Source: Gammaproteobacteria bacterium
GTDB taxonomy: Bacteria; Pseudomonadota; Gammaproteobacteria; Eutrophobiales; Eutrophobiaceae
Direction of reading: 5' to 3'
DNA length: 63,330 bases
Assembly (NCBI GenBank): GCA_021773245.1
Contig: JAJFKK010000004.1
Span: forward strand, 1 to 63,330
Shown here: piece by piece, positions 29,764 through 41,231 of the stretch
Layout: the number at the start of each line of letters is the position of its first letter
Numbering within the stretch: position 1 is the first letter of the stretch
Position numbers and translations under genes: made by a program
The notes under the pieces: model-generated
What the model was told of the DNA's origin: nothing
Database searches by the model: none
Seen by the model: only the letters and a program-made list of their open reading frames with translations

Positions 29764-31034
29764 ATTGAAATATTAATAAAGTTTTTAGATGGGAGTTGAA
29801 CCTTTGCTTCTAACGGAGCCTCATCAAGACAAACGATTTTTCCTGTTGATAAGCCGCAACGTTCTATTTGTTTATCGAGAAGAGATAAATTGTCCTTGAT
29901 AAGAGAACTGAGTGTTTCATTATCTGACCACAGTGTTGCATTTATTTCCTTGTTAATGACTGATAATTTTGCTGATATTGAGCCAATGTTTTCAAAGTTT
30001 ATTTTTAAATTGCTTGACCATAACTGTTGTTCAGTATTTTTTGATTTTGATTCTTTATCTTTTTGAATGTCGAGTTTGAGTAAATCAATATTTTGTTTGT
30101 CCTTAACAGGTATTTCAACAGACCATAATGGAGATTGATTATCATGAGTAACTATTGCTTTAGATTGATTTACTTCTATCCGAGCTAGTGATGATTCAAC
30201 TTGTTTGCTGGCAGCTTCAGTATTAGCTTTTAAAATGAGTTCCATAGCTTTGGCAGTCTCATTAGTTTTTGTAGCCGGGTTTTTCCCTGCTTCAGTTGCT
30301 GTTAAGAAATGATTGTTTCTGAAGGTGTTTTCTTCAATCTCAGCGTTTTGAGTATATTTAGAAAAGACATTTAAGAGCTGTAATAAATTTGTTTTTAAAT
30401 CTTTTGAAACTCCCTGATTGTTTGTCGATATTTGTCTATTAGACAGAGTTGTTTTTTTTAATTGTTCTGAAGTTTTCAGAAAAATGTTTAGTTTTTTATT
30501 AATTACGTCAGAAAATAATTTTTCTTCAAGGAATAAGCCTGAGTTTTTTATTGCTGTTTTCAAACCAGCTTCATTGTTTACGTTTGTCCTAGTTGGTAAT
30601 TGTTCAATCATTTTTCTGAATTGTTGTTCTATCGGTGCGGGTAAGGCTTTAATAGTTTCCTTAACATTACTCGAAACTTGATTTAATACATTTGTTAATT
30701 TTTCCATGCCGGCTTGTTTTGGTATGCTTTCTCGCAGTAGTTGTTGTTTAGCTTCAAAAACTATTTTTGGCGAACTTTGTTGCAATACACGAAGTACGGC
30801 TGGATTATCTTGTTTTTCTACAACGAGCTTTAATTGTTCACCTACAATAAGCGGTTTACTTTGATTAGCATTGGCTTCCACTTGTTGGTTTCCAATTTGT
30901 AAAAGAACTGGCCCTGCGGGTTTATGAGAAGTAACGGTTGCATTCAATATCTGACCTATAAACCATTGAGATGAGTTCAGTTGCGTAGCTTTGACTGATA
31001 AAGAGGAAGATAGGATTGCTGGTTGAATATCCAT
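29760..31034 (-). CDS. FliK-like (hook-length control C-terminal domain) protein
   Basis: SGLFLE, DLK..LL and W..EIP motifs; C-terminal beta-rich domain; overlaps the FlhB-like gene. Confidence 0.7.
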   Translation of the reverse strand: MDIQPAILSSSLSVKATQLNSSQWFIGQILNATVTSHKPAGPVLLQIGNQQVEANANQSKPLIVGEQLKLVVEKQDNPAVLRVLQQSSPKIVFEAKQQLLRESIPKQAGMEKLTNVLNQVSSNVKETIKALPAPIEQQFRKMIEQLPTRTNVNNEAGLKTAIKNSGLFLEEKLFSDVINKKLNIFLKTSEQLKKTTLSNRQISTNNQGVSKDLKTNLLQLLNVFSKYTQNAEIEENTFRNNHFLTATEAGKNPATKTNETAKAMELILKANTEAASKQVESSLARIEVNQSKAIVTHDNQSPLWSVEIPVKDKQNIDLLKLDIQKDKESKSKNTEQQLWSSNLKINFENIGSISAKLSVINKEINATLWSDNETLSSLIKDNLSLLDKQIERCGLSTGKIVCLDEAPLEAKVQLPSKNFINISI

Positions 31035-31105
31035 ACCAGTTTAGCGTCATTTTGGCACGAAACTTGAGATGTATTTTATACAATTTAGAGTATCGGGGAA
31101 GTAGC

Positions 31106-31984
31106 TTGGTAGAACGAAGATTATGGTTTGTAAGGCGAAATGGGCATGTAAAAGGCCCATTTTTGTCTGCGCAAATTACGAGAAATATCCTTCTAGGACG
31201 ATTACGTCCCGATGATGAACTGAGTCCAGATGAAAAAAAATGGCATCCCGTTGCTAAATATCGAGAACTTTACCCTGATGTAATGCAAGACGATCCAGTA
31301 GATCAAGAAAAACTCAACGTTGCAAAAATACAGGTAGATGAACGAGTTTCTGAGCAACGATTACAAAAAGAAAATATGGCAAATGAACGACGCCAAACCA
31401 GGGAACGCCGAGGAAATGAATCAGAATTAATGTTAGTCCATAGAGAAAATAGAAGAGAATTAAATCAGGTCTATAAAAATAAACAGAAACGCTCTAAATT
31501 ACCTACGGTATCAATCATTTTTTCTATAGTAGTCATTATTGTCTTTGGCTTTGTTCTCAATCCGGATAAGAATAATACGGAAGTCGATTGTTCAATGCCG
31601 GCAAATGCGGGAGTGAACTGGAGTAACTGTAGTTTCATTAAGTTGAATGTAGAAAATAAAAACCTTGAGTCGTCAATTTTAACAGACGCGAAATTAAATG
31701 AATCAAACTTATTGGGTGTTAATCTTTCTGGTTCAGATATGGCCTATGCGGAAATAAGTGCAAGTGACTTGAGTTATGCAAACCTTGAAGGTGCTCGTTT
31801 AATTGGTGCAAATTTGAAAAAAACAGATTTACGATATGCTAATTTAAAAGATGCTGATCTATCTTACGCTGATTTGAGTGGCGCTATGTTAGCTGGAGCA
31901 AATACAATTAATACGCGCTTTGATAATACGATTTGGACCAATGGTCAATTATGTAAAAAAGGGTCTATAGGAACTTGTCAGTAA
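31106..31984 (+). CDS. Membrane-anchored pentapeptide-repeat protein
   Basis: N-terminal W..R...V.GPF (GYF_2-like); one TM; A(D/N)LxxA repeats flanked by Cys; probable TTG start after GGGGA. Confidence 0.78.
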   Translation: MVERRLWFVRRNGHVKGPFLSAQITRNILLGRLRPDDELSPDEKKWHPVAKYRELYPDVMQDDPVDQEKLNVAKIQVDERVSEQRLQKENMANERRQTRERRGNESELMLVHRENRRELNQVYKNKQKRSKLPTVSIIFSIVVIIVFGFVLNPDKNNTEVDCSMPANAGVNWSNCSFIKLNVENKNLESSILTDAKLNESNLLGVNLSGSDMAYAEISASDLSYANLEGARLIGANLKKTDLRYANLKDADLSYADLSGAMLAGANTINTRFDNTIWTNGQLCKKGSIGTCQ

Positions 31985-32023
31985 ATCAATAAGAATAAGT
32001 GTTTAGTATGGATTATATTTTGC

Positions 32024-33394
32024 TCATGAATAATATTCAGCAGTATACCGCCAAGCTTTCTCAGCTGACTCAGACGATTTTATTCCAGCCTTTCTTTTTA
32101 GTTCACTAATAAATTGTTTTGCGTCTTTTATTGATTCCCAGACTACTGGCAAAAACGTAGCTTTAGCATTACCTTTAGAAATAATAATTCCATCGATATT
32201 AGGGCGTAGTTGATTTATTAAGTGTTGTTCATTATCGAATGGTAATGAAACGGCAGGTGTTAATATTGATAAACTGATTTCAACGTGTTTATATTCTTCA
32301 GTGCTAAGTGGTTTAAAACGCGGATCAGAAAATGCCGCAGCATAAGCATATTGAGCAACGGCATTTATTAAAGGCGTGTGTGCTTCGGTTGTGCCTATGC
32401 ATCCGCGTAATTGTCCGTTTAGTTTTAAAGTAATAAAAACCGCATAATTTTTCTTAAGATGCTCTGAAACGGATTCTATTGAAGGTTGATATGCTTTTTT
32501 AGATTCTAGGCCGTGTTCAATACTTTTATGAATAACACCAAAGATAAGTGCTTGGTCTTCTTTGTTAAGTATCCTGTTTTCATATAATGCGTAAGCACCA
32601 TAACCGACAACACGATCTTTGGTCCCTGCAGTATCGCCTGAATTACACAGTTCTAATGTTTGAATAGACATATTTTTTTCGTTGGCAAGTTTTAATAAGC
32701 CACGCATAGGCATACAACCGCATGCTTGTTTTGAGTCTATGTTTTTATAATCAAAGTTCTCTATAAGAGATGTAGTGTTGCTATCTATCTCACAAGCGGT
32801 TTCATAATCGAGAAAATGACTAAGATCTGAACTAATAACAATCAAGGTTTCTTCGCCACCCCATAATTCATCAAGAATGGTTGCCACTTGGTCAGGTGCA
32901 GCATCACCGACTAGTAAAGGTATGAGCGTAAAGTCATTTAACACTTTTTGTAAGAAAGGTAGATGGACTTCAAGACTGTGTTCCTGCTCATGTGCTGCAT
33001 CCAGAAAATTTACATAGGGATACTTGCTTTCTAAATCACTTAATACAGTAGTGTCGATAGGAATATTACCCAGTGGCGTAGCAAAGTGTGTGTTTGATGC
33101 TAAGGCAATTCCTTGAATATAAACGCGATGCGTCGGACCTAATAAAACAACGCGTGTGATTATATTTTTTATTTTGCCAACATTTGAATAAACACTCGCT
33201 GCGGTTTGGCCTGAATAGATATATCCTGCATGTGGCGCAATGATCGCTTTTGGCGGTTCGATATCGGTAGCCTCTATCGCCAGATATTCATCGAGCATGT
33301 TATTTAATTGACTGACATCCTTGGGATAAAAGCTACCGGCAACCGCAGTCGGTCTAATTGAAATAGGGCGTTGATTAATAGGTGTAGAGTTCAT
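32024..33394 (-). CDS. Fused AmmeMemoRadiSam protein B (Memo) + protein A (AMMECR1)
   Basis: VAGSFYP, PHAGYIYSG, EHSLEV and SSDLSH (Memo); FITL..LRGCIG, DPRF and ATFLP.VW (AMMECR1). Confidence 0.9.
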   Translation of the reverse strand: MNSTPINQRPISIRPTAVAGSFYPKDVSQLNNMLDEYLAIEATDIEPPKAIIAPHAGYIYSGQTAASVYSNVGKIKNIITRVVLLGPTHRVYIQGIALASNTHFATPLGNIPIDTTVLSDLESKYPYVNFLDAAHEQEHSLEVHLPFLQKVLNDFTLIPLLVGDAAPDQVATILDELWGGEETLIVISSDLSHFLDYETACEIDSNTTSLIENFDYKNIDSKQACGCMPMRGLLKLANEKNMSIQTLELCNSGDTAGTKDRVVGYGAYALYENRILNKEDQALIFGVIHKSIEHGLESKKAYQPSIESVSEHLKKNYAVFITLKLNGQLRGCIGTTEAHTPLINAVAQYAYAAAFSDPRFKPLSTEEYKHVEISLSILTPAVSLPFDNEQHLINQLRPNIDGIIISKGNAKATFLPVVWESIKDAKQFISELKRKAGIKSSESAEKAWRYTAEYYS

Positions 33395-33466
33395 ATATAG
33401 TTAATTAATAGTTTCTAACTAAATTATAGAACTAAAATTATTTTATAGACATTTGTTGTTGAAAAT

Positions 33467-34540
33467 ATGCAAACAGTTAAAACGAAATACTGGCATAAAC
33501 TCGATGATGGTCGAGTTCAGTGCGATCTTTGCCCACGAGAATGTAAATTGAAAAATGGCCAATCTGGTCTTTGTTTCGTGCGAGCTTGTGAAGACGATCA
33601 AATTGTTTTAACGACTTATGGCCGATCCAGTGGTTTTTGTATCGATCCTATAGAAAAGAAACCGTTAAACCATTATTACCCTGGTACGTCTGTACTTTCT
33701 TTTGGTACAGCAGGTTGTAATCTGGCGTGTAAATTTTGCCAAAACTGGGATATCAGTAAATCTCGACAGATGGATACCTTAGCAGATGCTGCTAGTCCTG
33801 AGGCATTGGCACAAGCTGCAAAAAAGTTGGGATGTCGGAGTATCGCCTTTACTTATAACGATCCTGTTATTTTCCACGAATATGCGATTGATGTAGCAGA
33901 TGCTTGTCATGAACTAAATGTAAAAACCGTTGCAGTTTCAGCAGGTTACGTTTTACCCGAGCCAAGAAAAGAATTTTATGAGCATATTGATGCGGTGAAT
34001 ATCGACTTAAAGGCATTTACTGAAGATTTTTATCATCGAATTACCGGCAGTCATCTTGCCAATGTATTGGAGACATTGGCTTACTTGAAGCATGAGACAG
34101 ATGTTTGGTTTGAAATAACGAATTTAGTTATTCCTGGCGAAAACGATTCTGAAAAAGAAATAAATCAAATGACGGAATGGATCCTTTCAGAATTAGGCCC
34201 GGATGTGCCGTTGCATTTTTCAGCATTCCATCCAGATTGGAAAATGCGTGATAAAGCTCGAACCAGCCTAGAAACCTTACAAAAAGCGAGATCCATAGCC
34301 ATTATGAATGGCTTAAATTATGTTTATACCGGAAATGTACATGATCGAGAGGGCGATACGACTTATTGTCATCAATGTGGAGAAGAATTAATCATTCGGG
34401 ATTGGTATGAGATTAAGGCTTGGTCAATGAATCAAACTGGAGCATGCCCTAAATGTAATAACGTGTGTGCCGGAGTATTCGACAAAGAGCACGGAAAATG
34501 GGGCTCTAAAAGGGTTCCCGTCAAATTAAACGATTCATAG
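33467..34540 (+). CDS. AmmeMemoRadiSam system radical SAM enzyme
   Basis: CDLCP, DPIEKKPL, CNLACKFCQNW and YVYTGNV; C-terminal Zn-ribbon cysteines. Confidence 0.92.
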   Translation: MQTVKTKYWHKLDDGRVQCDLCPRECKLKNGQSGLCFVRACEDDQIVLTTYGRSSGFCIDPIEKKPLNHYYPGTSVLSFGTAGCNLACKFCQNWDISKSRQMDTLADAASPEALAQAAKKLGCRSIAFTYNDPVIFHEYAIDVADACHELNVKTVAVSAGYVLPEPRKEFYEHIDAVNIDLKAFTEDFYHRITGSHLANVLETLAYLKHETDVWFEITNLVIPGENDSEKEINQMTEWILSELGPDVPLHFSAFHPDWKMRDKARTSLETLQKARSIAIMNGLNYVYTGNVHDREGDTTYCHQCGEELIIRDWYEIKAWSMNQTGACPKCNNVCAGVFDKEHGKWGSKRVPVKLNDS

Positions 34541-34573
34541 TTAACACTAATTAAATCAAACGCATAAAGTGTC

Positions 34574-34610
34574 TTGAAAATCATCATCTGGCACTGTACT
34601 ATTCGCGACC
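34574..34610 (+). promoter_or_regulatory. Sigma70 promoter of the tRNA-fMet/rimP operon
   Basis: TTGAAA-17 bp-TACTAT followed by a GC-rich discriminator TCGCGACC. Confidence 0.7.
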
Positions 34611-34615
34611 TCTGA

Positions 34616-34692
<77 letters not shown>

Positions 34693-34728
34693 ATTTTTGT
34701 GTGGCGAAGTAATCAGATGCGAATAATT

Positions 34729-34752
34729 AAGGCCCCTGTATTGGGGTCTTTT
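34729..34752 (+). terminator. Terminator/attenuator after the tRNA
   Basis: AAGGCCCC-TGTATT-GGGGTCTTTT. Confidence 0.7.
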
Positions 34753-34845
34753 GCTATGTGGATAAAATTAGTCTTAGCAAGTGGGCCTTGTGGCACTCCT
34801 TATATAAACTGACTATAATTATTCTCGAATTTTTGTTTTTTGTAA

Positions 34846-34874
34846 GTGGGCCTTGAGCCCATTTTTTGTTTTTG
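34846..34874 (+). promoter_or_regulatory. rimP leader hairpin
   Basis: GTGGGC-CTTGA-GCCCAT followed by a T-tract just upstream of rimP. Confidence 0.6.
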
Positions 34875-34878
34875 GATT

Positions 34879-35334
34879 ATGTATAGACAAAATCAGGTCT
34901 TGCTCGATTTATTTGAGAATGAAGTAGCTTCTTTAGGTTATGAACTGCTTGGTATTGAAGTTAACCAGAGTACTCATGGCTCAATATTACGAGTGTATAT
35001 CGATAAAGAAGGCGGAATAGTCGTTGAAGACTGTGTTGCAGTGAGCCGACAACTATCAGGTGTGCTTGATGTTGAAGACCCGATTAAAGGTAATTACGAC
35101 TTGGAAGTGTCATCTCCTGGTATGGATAGACCCTTGTTTACAGTAGAACAGTTTAAGAAGGTGTTAGGTGAAACAATTAAATTGAAGTTATATGAGAAAT
35201 ATAACGACAGAAAACGTTTCTCAGGAATTTTAAAAGCAGTTGATGAAGAAGAAGTTGTTATCAATTGTGACAATGAAGAATACAAAGTGCCTTTTAGATT
35301 AATAGATCGTGCACGTTTAGTTCCACAGTTTTAA
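34879..35334 (+). CDS. rimP: Ribosome maturation factor RimP
   Basis: LRVYID, DC..VSRQ and LEVSSPG.DRPL. Confidence 0.95.
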   Translation: MYRQNQVLLDLFENEVASLGYELLGIEVNQSTHGSILRVYIDKEGGIVVEDCVAVSRQLSGVLDVEDPIKGNYDLEVSSPGMDRPLFTVEQFKKVLGETIKLKLYEKYNDRKRFSGILKAVDEEEVVINCDNEEYKVPFRLIDRARLVPQF

Positions 35335-35356
35335 TTCATATTAATGAGTAAAGTAA

Positions 35357-36877
35357 ATGAATAAAGAAATATTAATGGTTGTTGATGTTGTTAGTAATGA
35401 AAAAGGTGTTGCTAAAGACATTATTTTTGAAGCTATAGAAGCTGCACTTGCGAGTGCAACCAAAAAGCGAAATCGTGAAGACATAGAAGCACGCGTTGCT
35501 ATTGATCGTGAAACTGGTGATTACAGTACGTTTCGTTGTTGGGAAGTGATTGATGAGGACTTTGCATTAATCGAAGCTCCTACCAGACAGGTTTCTTTAT
35601 CGGATGCCAAAGAAAAACAATCAGATATAGAAGCTGGACAATTTATTGAAGAGCCAATGGATTCAGTTGAGTTTGGTCGAATTGCAGCACAAGCAGCAAA
35701 GCAAGTTATTGTACAAAAAGTGCGTGAAGCTGAGCGTGCGCAAGTATTGGATGCTTATCAAGATCGCGTTGGTGAAATGGTCAGCGGTGTTGTTAAACGT
35801 TCGGAACGCAGTGGTATCATTCTTGATCTTGGCAGTAATGCAGAAGCATTTATTCCTCGAGAAGAGTTAATTCCTCGTGAAGCGACTCGCCCTGGTGATC
35901 GTATCCGCGCCTACTTAAAAGAAATTAAACCGGAAGTAACTCGCGGGCCACAATTGTATTTAAGTCGAACTGCGCCTGAATTATTGATCGACTTATTTAA
36001 AATTGAAGTGCCAGAAATAAACGAAGGTATGATAGATATTATTAACGGTGCAAGAGACCCTGGTGCCAGAGCAAAAATTGCGGTTAAAGCAAATGATCCA
36101 AGAATTGATCCTATTGGTGCATGTGTTGGTATGCGTGGGTCCCGAGTTCAAGCTGTTTCTAATGAATTAGGTGGTGAACGCGTCGATATTATTCTTTGGG
36201 ATGAAAATCCAGCACAGTTTGTTATTAACGCAATGGCGCCTGCCGAAGTGGCATCAATTATGGTTGATGAAGACGAACACACGATGGATGTTGCAGTTGC
36301 TGAAGAAAACCTATCTCAAGCGATCGGTCGTGGTGGCCAGAATGTAAAACTCGCTAGTGAATTAACGGGTTGGGAATTGAATGTTATGTCAGTTGAACAA
36401 GCTGATGAAAAGAGTGAAGCTGAAGCTGAAACATTACAAACCATGTTTATGGAACAACTTGATGTTGATGAGGAAATGGCACTTATTCTAGTACAAGAAG
36501 GTTTTTCAAGTGTTGAAGAAGTTGCTTACGTTCCAGAAAAAGAAATGCAAGCGATTGAAGAATTTGATGATGATTTAGTTAAAGAATTACGTGATCGTGC
36601 TAACGATATTATGTTGACGCGCGCAATTGCTAACGAAGAAAAGTTAGGCGATGAAAAGCCAGCTGAAGATTTACTGACAATGGATGGTATGAACAAATCG
36701 TTGGCTTATCAATTAGCGGGTAGAGGTGTGATAACTATGGATGATTTGGCTGAGCAATCAGTTGATGAATTAATGGAAATAACTGAGCTTGATAAAGATA
36801 GTGCAGGAAAGTTAATTATGACTGCGCGTATACCTTGGTTTGAATCTGAAGAATCAAATGATGAGGATGATGATTAA
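35357..36877 (+). CDS. nusA: Transcription termination factor NusA
   Basis: [10 protein letters not shown]; S1/KH domains; [12 protein letters not shown]; acidic repeats. Confidence 0.97.
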   Translation: MNKEILMVVDVVSNEKGVAKDIIFEAIEAALASATKKRNREDIEARVAIDRETGDYSTFRCWEVIDEDFALIEAPTRQVSLSDAKEKQSDIEAGQFIEEPMDSVEFGRIAAQAAKQVIVQKVREAERAQVLDAYQDRVGEMVSGVVKRSERSGIILDLGSNAEAFIPREELIPREATRPGDRIRAYLKEIKPEVTRGPQLYLSRTAPELLIDLFKIEVPEINEGMIDIINGARDPGARAKIAVKANDPRIDPIGACVGMRGSRVQAVSNELGGERVDIILWDENPAQFVINAMAPAEVASIMVDEDEHTMDVAVAEENLSQAIGRGGQNVKLASELTGWELNVMSVEQADEKSEAEAETLQTMFMEQLDVDEEMALILVQEGFSSVEEVAYVPEKEMQAIEEFDDDLVKELRDRANDIMLTRAIANEEKLGDEKPAEDLLTMDGMNKSLAYQLAGRGVITMDDLAEQSVDELMEITELDKDSAGKLIMTARIPWFESEESNDEDDD

Positions 36878-39369
36878 TGCCTGAAGTTACTGTCAGTGAA
36901 TTTGCCGCCGATGTTGGTGTCGCTGTAGAGCGTATACAAGAACAATTGGTTGAAGCAGGTCTTTCTAAAAAGAAAGCCGATGAGGTTATTTCCGATTCTG
37001 AAAAATCTGAATTATTAGCTTTTTTGAGAAAGAAGCACGGTAAAGATGAAGGCGCAAAAAAAATAACTTTACGACGAAAAACGACGAGTGAGCTTAAAGT
37101 TAATGTTGCTACTCAGGGTAGAGCGAAACCGCAATCGAAGACAGTTAATGTAGAATTTCGAAAAAAACGCACCTACGCAAAACGTGGCGACCTCGCTGAA
37201 ACAGCTAAACAGGAAGAAGAAGCTGCTGCAAAATTAGTAGCAGATCAGGAAGCTGCAGAAGCTAAGTTGAAACAGGAAGCTGATGAAGCTGAGGCTGCTA
37301 AAATTGCTGCAGAAGCAAAACAACAAGAAGAAGCTGCTGCAAAAGAAGCCGCAGAGGCAGTTGCACAAGTCGTCGTTGAAACGCCTAGTGAGCCCGCAGC
37401 AGAAATTAAACCAGTGGTTCCTCCCGTAGTTGAAAAAACGGATTCAAAAAAAGCTCCAGGTAAAGATAAAAAAGAACGTACACGTCATGGTCGACAAGAA
37501 TTACATGTTGCAACAAAAGGATCTGGGCGACGACGCAATAAGAAGCCAAAGAGACAATCCGTAGTCCATCAGTCTGGAAATCAAGAACATGGTTTTGAAA
37601 AACCAACAGCGCCTGTTGTTAAAGAGATTGATGTGCCTGAAAGTATTTCAGTTGCTGATTTAGCGCAACGCATGTCAGTGAAAAGTTCTGAAGTCATCAA
37701 AGTTATGATGGGTTTAGGTACGATGGCGACGATCAACCAGATTATTGATCAAGACACGGCTGCTGTTGTTGTTGAAGAAATGGGGCATACCCCAAAATTG
37801 AAAAAAGACAATGCGCTTGAAGAAGAGATGATTCAGGCAACACAACAAGATGGCGAGCAAGTTAATCGTGCGCCTGTTGTGACTATTATGGGGCATGTTG
37901 ACCATGGTAAAACCTCATTATTGGATTTCATTCGTCGAAGTAAAGTAGCTGCTGGCGAAGCCGGCGGTATTACGCAACATATCGGCGCCTATCGTGTTAA
38001 AACCGATAACGGTGAAATCACTTTTCTTGATACTCCTGGTCATGAAGCATTTACTGCTATGCGTGCTCGCGGTGCAAAAGTAACTGATATTGTTATTATT
38101 GTGGTCGCTGCTGATGATGGTGTTATGCCGCAGACAGAAGAAGCTGTTAAACATGCTAAAGCATCCAATGTACCTATTATTATTGCTGTTAATAAAATCG
38201 ATAAAGAGAATGCTGATCCTGATCGTGTTAAACAGGAATTGTCAAAATTTGAAGTAATTCCTGAAGACTGGGGCGGTGATACTCAATTTATGAATGTATC
38301 TGCGTTGACGGGTGAAGGCGTTGATGCCTTATTAGAAAGTATTTTACTGCAATCAGAAATACTGGAACTAAAAGCCGTTGCGACAGGTGCTGCATCAGGT
38401 GCAGTCGTTGAATCTCGATTAGATAAAGGTCGTGGACCTGTTGCGAGTATTCTTGTTCAAAACGGAACACTGAAAAAAGGTGATGTCGTCTTAAGTGGTC
38501 ATGAGTTTGGACGTGTCAGAGCGATGATTGATGACACGGGTAATGAAGTTGTTACAGCAGGCCCATCAACTCCGGTAGAAATTCTTGGTTTGTCAGGAAC
38601 TCCTAATGCTGGTGATGAAATGATTGTTGTACCTGATGAAAAGAAAGCTAGGGAAATAGCGTTATTCAGACAAGGTAAATACCGCGAGACGAAGATGGCT
38701 CAGCAGCATGCATCGAAACTTGAAAATGTAATGAATCAAATGGCCGAAGGTGAGGTTGCTTCATTAACTTTATTGATTAAAGCGGATGTGCATGGTTCGT
38801 CAGAAGCATTAGTTGATGCTTTAACACGTTTGAATACGGATGAAGTCAAAGTCAGTATCGTCAGTAGTGGTGTTGGTGGTATTACTGAATCCGATGTTAA
38901 TCTTGCTATGGCTTCCAGTGCTGTTGTTATAGGTTTTAATGTCCGTGCTGATGCGAGTGCGCGTAAGTTAATTGATGCTGAAGGTATTGATTTACGTTAC
39001 TACAGTATTATTTATGATGTTATCGATGATGTTAAGGCTGCTCTAAGTGGCATGCTATCACCTGATATACGTGAAGAAATTACCGGTGTTGCGGAAGTTA
39101 AAGAAGTTTTCCGCTCTCCAAAATTTGGCGATATTGCAGGCTGTATGGTGATTACAGGCCGCGTTAATCGAAATAATCCTATTCGCGTGCTACGTGATAA
39201 TGTTGTTATTTACGAAGGTGAGCTTGAATCATTACGTCGTTTTAAAGATGATGTGAATGAAGTTAAGTCTGGAACTGACTGTGGTATTGGTGTCAAAAAT
39301 TATGCCGATGTTCAACCCGGTGATCAGATTGAAGTGTTCGAGCGTATTAGTGTTGATCGTACAATCTAA
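36877..39369 (+). CDS. infB: Translation initiation factor IF-2
   Basis: [22 protein letters not shown] and NKID. Confidence 0.98.
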   Translation: MPEVTVSEFAADVGVAVERIQEQLVEAGLSKKKADEVISDSEKSELLAFLRKKHGKDEGAKKITLRRKTTSELKVNVATQGRAKPQSKTVNVEFRKKRTYAKRGDLAETAKQEEEAAAKLVADQEAAEAKLKQEADEAEAAKIAAEAKQQEEAAAKEAAEAVAQVVVETPSEPAAEIKPVVPPVVEKTDSKKAPGKDKKERTRHGRQELHVATKGSGRRRNKKPKRQSVVHQSGNQEHGFEKPTAPVVKEIDVPESISVADLAQRMSVKSSEVIKVMMGLGTMATINQIIDQDTAAVVVEEMGHTPKLKKDNALEEEMIQATQQDGEQVNRAPVVTIMGHVDHGKTSLLDFIRRSKVAAGEAGGITQHIGAYRVKTDNGEITFLDTPGHEAFTAMRARGAKVTDIVIIVVAADDGVMPQTEEAVKHAKASNVPIIIAVNKIDKENADPDRVKQELSKFEVIPEDWGGDTQFMNVSALTGEGVDALLESILLQSEILELKAVATGAASGAVVESRLDKGRGPVASILVQNGTLKKGDVVLSGHEFGRVRAMIDDTGNEVVTAGPSTPVEILGLSGTPNAGDEMIVVPDEKKAREIALFRQGKYRETKMAQQHASKLENVMNQMAEGEVASLTLLIKADVHGSSEALVDALTRLNTDEVKVSIVSSGVGGITESDVNLAMASSAVVIGFNVRADASARKLIDAEGIDLRYYSIIYDVIDDVKAALSGMLSPDIREEITGVAEVKEVFRSPKFGDIAGCMVITGRVNRNNPIRVLRDNVVIYEGELESLRRFKDDVNEVKSGTDCGIGVKNYADVQPGDQIEVFERISVDRTI

Positions 39370-39782
39370 TGCCAAAAGAATTCGGGCGTAACCAACGCGT
39401 TGCCCAGTTTATAAAAGAAGAACTCTCTGTATTAGTACAACGAGAATTTCCTCTAAATCAACATGGCATGATCACCTTAACGAATGTTGATGTGAGTTCA
39501 GATTTAGGAAGCGCCACTATTTATATTACCGTACTAAGCGGTGACTCAAGCAATTCTAATGACGATGAATCCACTTTATCTACATCCACGGATGTAAGAG
39601 AAAAATTAGTGGCAGAACTGAATGAGAAGAAAGGACTGTTTCGACAAGAAATATCACACATGCTGACATCAAGAGGTGTGCCTACCCTACGTTTTAAATA
39701 CGATGAGTCAATTGAACGTGCTCAGCGGCTTACCGATATTATTAATTCTGTTAGTCAGAGTGATGACGAACCATCTGATTAA
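39369..39782 (+). CDS. rbfA: 30S ribosome-binding factor A
   Basis: R.QRVA, VDVSSDL and P.LRFKYD.S; synteny. Confidence 0.93.
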   Translation: MPKEFGRNQRVAQFIKEELSVLVQREFPLNQHGMITLTNVDVSSDLGSATIYITVLSGDSSNSNDDESTLSTSTDVREKLVAELNEKKGLFRQEISHMLTSRGVPTLRFKYDESIERAQRLTDIINSVSQSDDEPSD

Positions 39783-39802
39783 GTAGCTTTGATTTAGTAT
39801 TA

Positions 39803-40735
39803 ATGACCAGACAAAGAAAAAAACGCGGTCGAGATATCAGCGGCATCCTCGTATTGGATAAACCAGCAGGAATGAGTTCCAATGGTGCCTTACAGCATAT
39901 TAAGCGTCTCTTTAATGCAAATAAAGCAGGACATACTGGAAATCTTGATGTTCCTGCGACAGGTTTGTTACCTATTTGTTTGGGTGAAGCAACGAAAGTA
40001 TCTGCTTATTTATTGGATTCAAACAAAACTTATCGTGCACGATGTAAATTAGGTATTACAACGACAACAGGCGATGCTGCTGGCGAAGTCCTTTCAGAAC
40101 TGGCAGTTCCTGAAATATCAGAATTAAAATTACAACAGGTATTAAAACAATTCATTGGTGAAATAGAGCAAGTTCCTCCAATGTACTCTGCACTTAAACA
40201 TAATGGTAAGCGCCTGTATGAATTGGCATATAAGGGTATCGAAGTAGAACGAAAGTCTAGAAATATCACCATTCATAGTATAAAGCTTGATGATTTTGCT
40301 GATGATGAATTTGAAATAACGGTGGCTTGCACAAAAGGAACCTATATCAGGACTTTGGCAGAGGACATTGGTCAGAAATTAGGCTGTGGTGCACATATAT
40401 TAACTTTACGCAGACTTGAAGCTGGTCCATTCAAGGAATCGCAAATGTTCACCCCTGCAAAATTACAAGAAATTGCCGAACAAGGAATAGAGCAACTTGA
40501 TAAATTGTTGTTGCCTATGGATCTTGCATTGATGGATTTTCCTGAAATCAGCTTATCTGAAGATGTTGCATATTACCTTTGTCAGGGACAGGCAGTTACT
40601 GTCTCGGGGCTACCCAAATCGGGTCGATTAAGAATATATAACAAGTCTGACCAATTCCTTGGTTTAGGAGAGGTTTCTGACGATGGTCGCCTTGCTCCTA
40701 AGCGATTGATTAATCAGGTAGAATTAGAAAGTTAG
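39803..40735 (+). CDS. truB: tRNA pseudouridine(55) synthase
   Basis: LDKP.G, KAGHTGNLD, QVPPMYSALK and KGTYIR. Confidence 0.96.
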   Translation: MTRQRKKRGRDISGILVLDKPAGMSSNGALQHIKRLFNANKAGHTGNLDVPATGLLPICLGEATKVSAYLLDSNKTYRARCKLGITTTTGDAAGEVLSELAVPEISELKLQQVLKQFIGEIEQVPPMYSALKHNGKRLYELAYKGIEVERKSRNITIHSIKLDDFADDEFEITVACTKGTYIRTLAEDIGQKLGCGAHILTLRRLEAGPFKESQMFTPAKLQEIAEQGIEQLDKLLLPMDLALMDFPEISLSEDVAYYLCQGQAVTVSGLPKSGRLRIYNKSDQFLGLGEVSDDGRLAPKRLINQVELES

Positions 40736-40837
40736 AGAACAAGGTAAAATTTCGATGTTTCGCTTGTTACAGTGGAAATGCGCGGGTACAATACGCGCAA
40801 ATTTGATATAGCATAAGAGTTGCAGGAGTATTTGAAT

Positions 40838-41107
40838 ATGGCATTAAGTTGTGAAGATAAGGCGGGGATAGTCAAGGATTATCAGCGCGGCACCAATGAT
40901 ACCGGTTCTCCGGAAGTACAAGTTGCTTTGTTGACGTCTCGCATTACTGATTTATCTGGTCATTTCAAAGAACACGTCAAAGACCATCATTCAAGACAAG
41001 GTCTATTAAGAATGGTAAATCAAAGACGTAAATTACTTGATTACCTGAAAGGTGCAGATCTTAATCGCTATCGCGATTTGATCGGTCGTCTCGGTCTACG
41101 TAAATAA
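40838..41107 (+). CDS. rpsO: 30S ribosomal protein S15
   Basis: [13 protein letters not shown] and KDHHSR.GL; SD AGGAG. Confidence 0.97.
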   Translation: MALSCEDKAGIVKDYQRGTNDTGSPEVQVALLTSRITDLSGHFKEHVKDHHSRQGLLRMVNQRRKLLDYLKGADLNRYRDLIGRLGLRK

Positions 41108-41146
41108 CAACTTTTCGGCATTCATGCCAATAAGAAAACCATATTA

Positions 41147-41170
41147 TAAACCCGCTTTTGCGGGTTTTAA
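41147..41170 (+). terminator. Terminator after rpsO
   Basis: AAACCCGC-TTTT-GCGGGTTTT. Confidence 0.75.
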
Positions 41171-41231
41171 TGTTTTATAAAATCATATTATCTTTAAATA
41201 ACTAATCAACATTATCTGTTAGGGAAAATCC

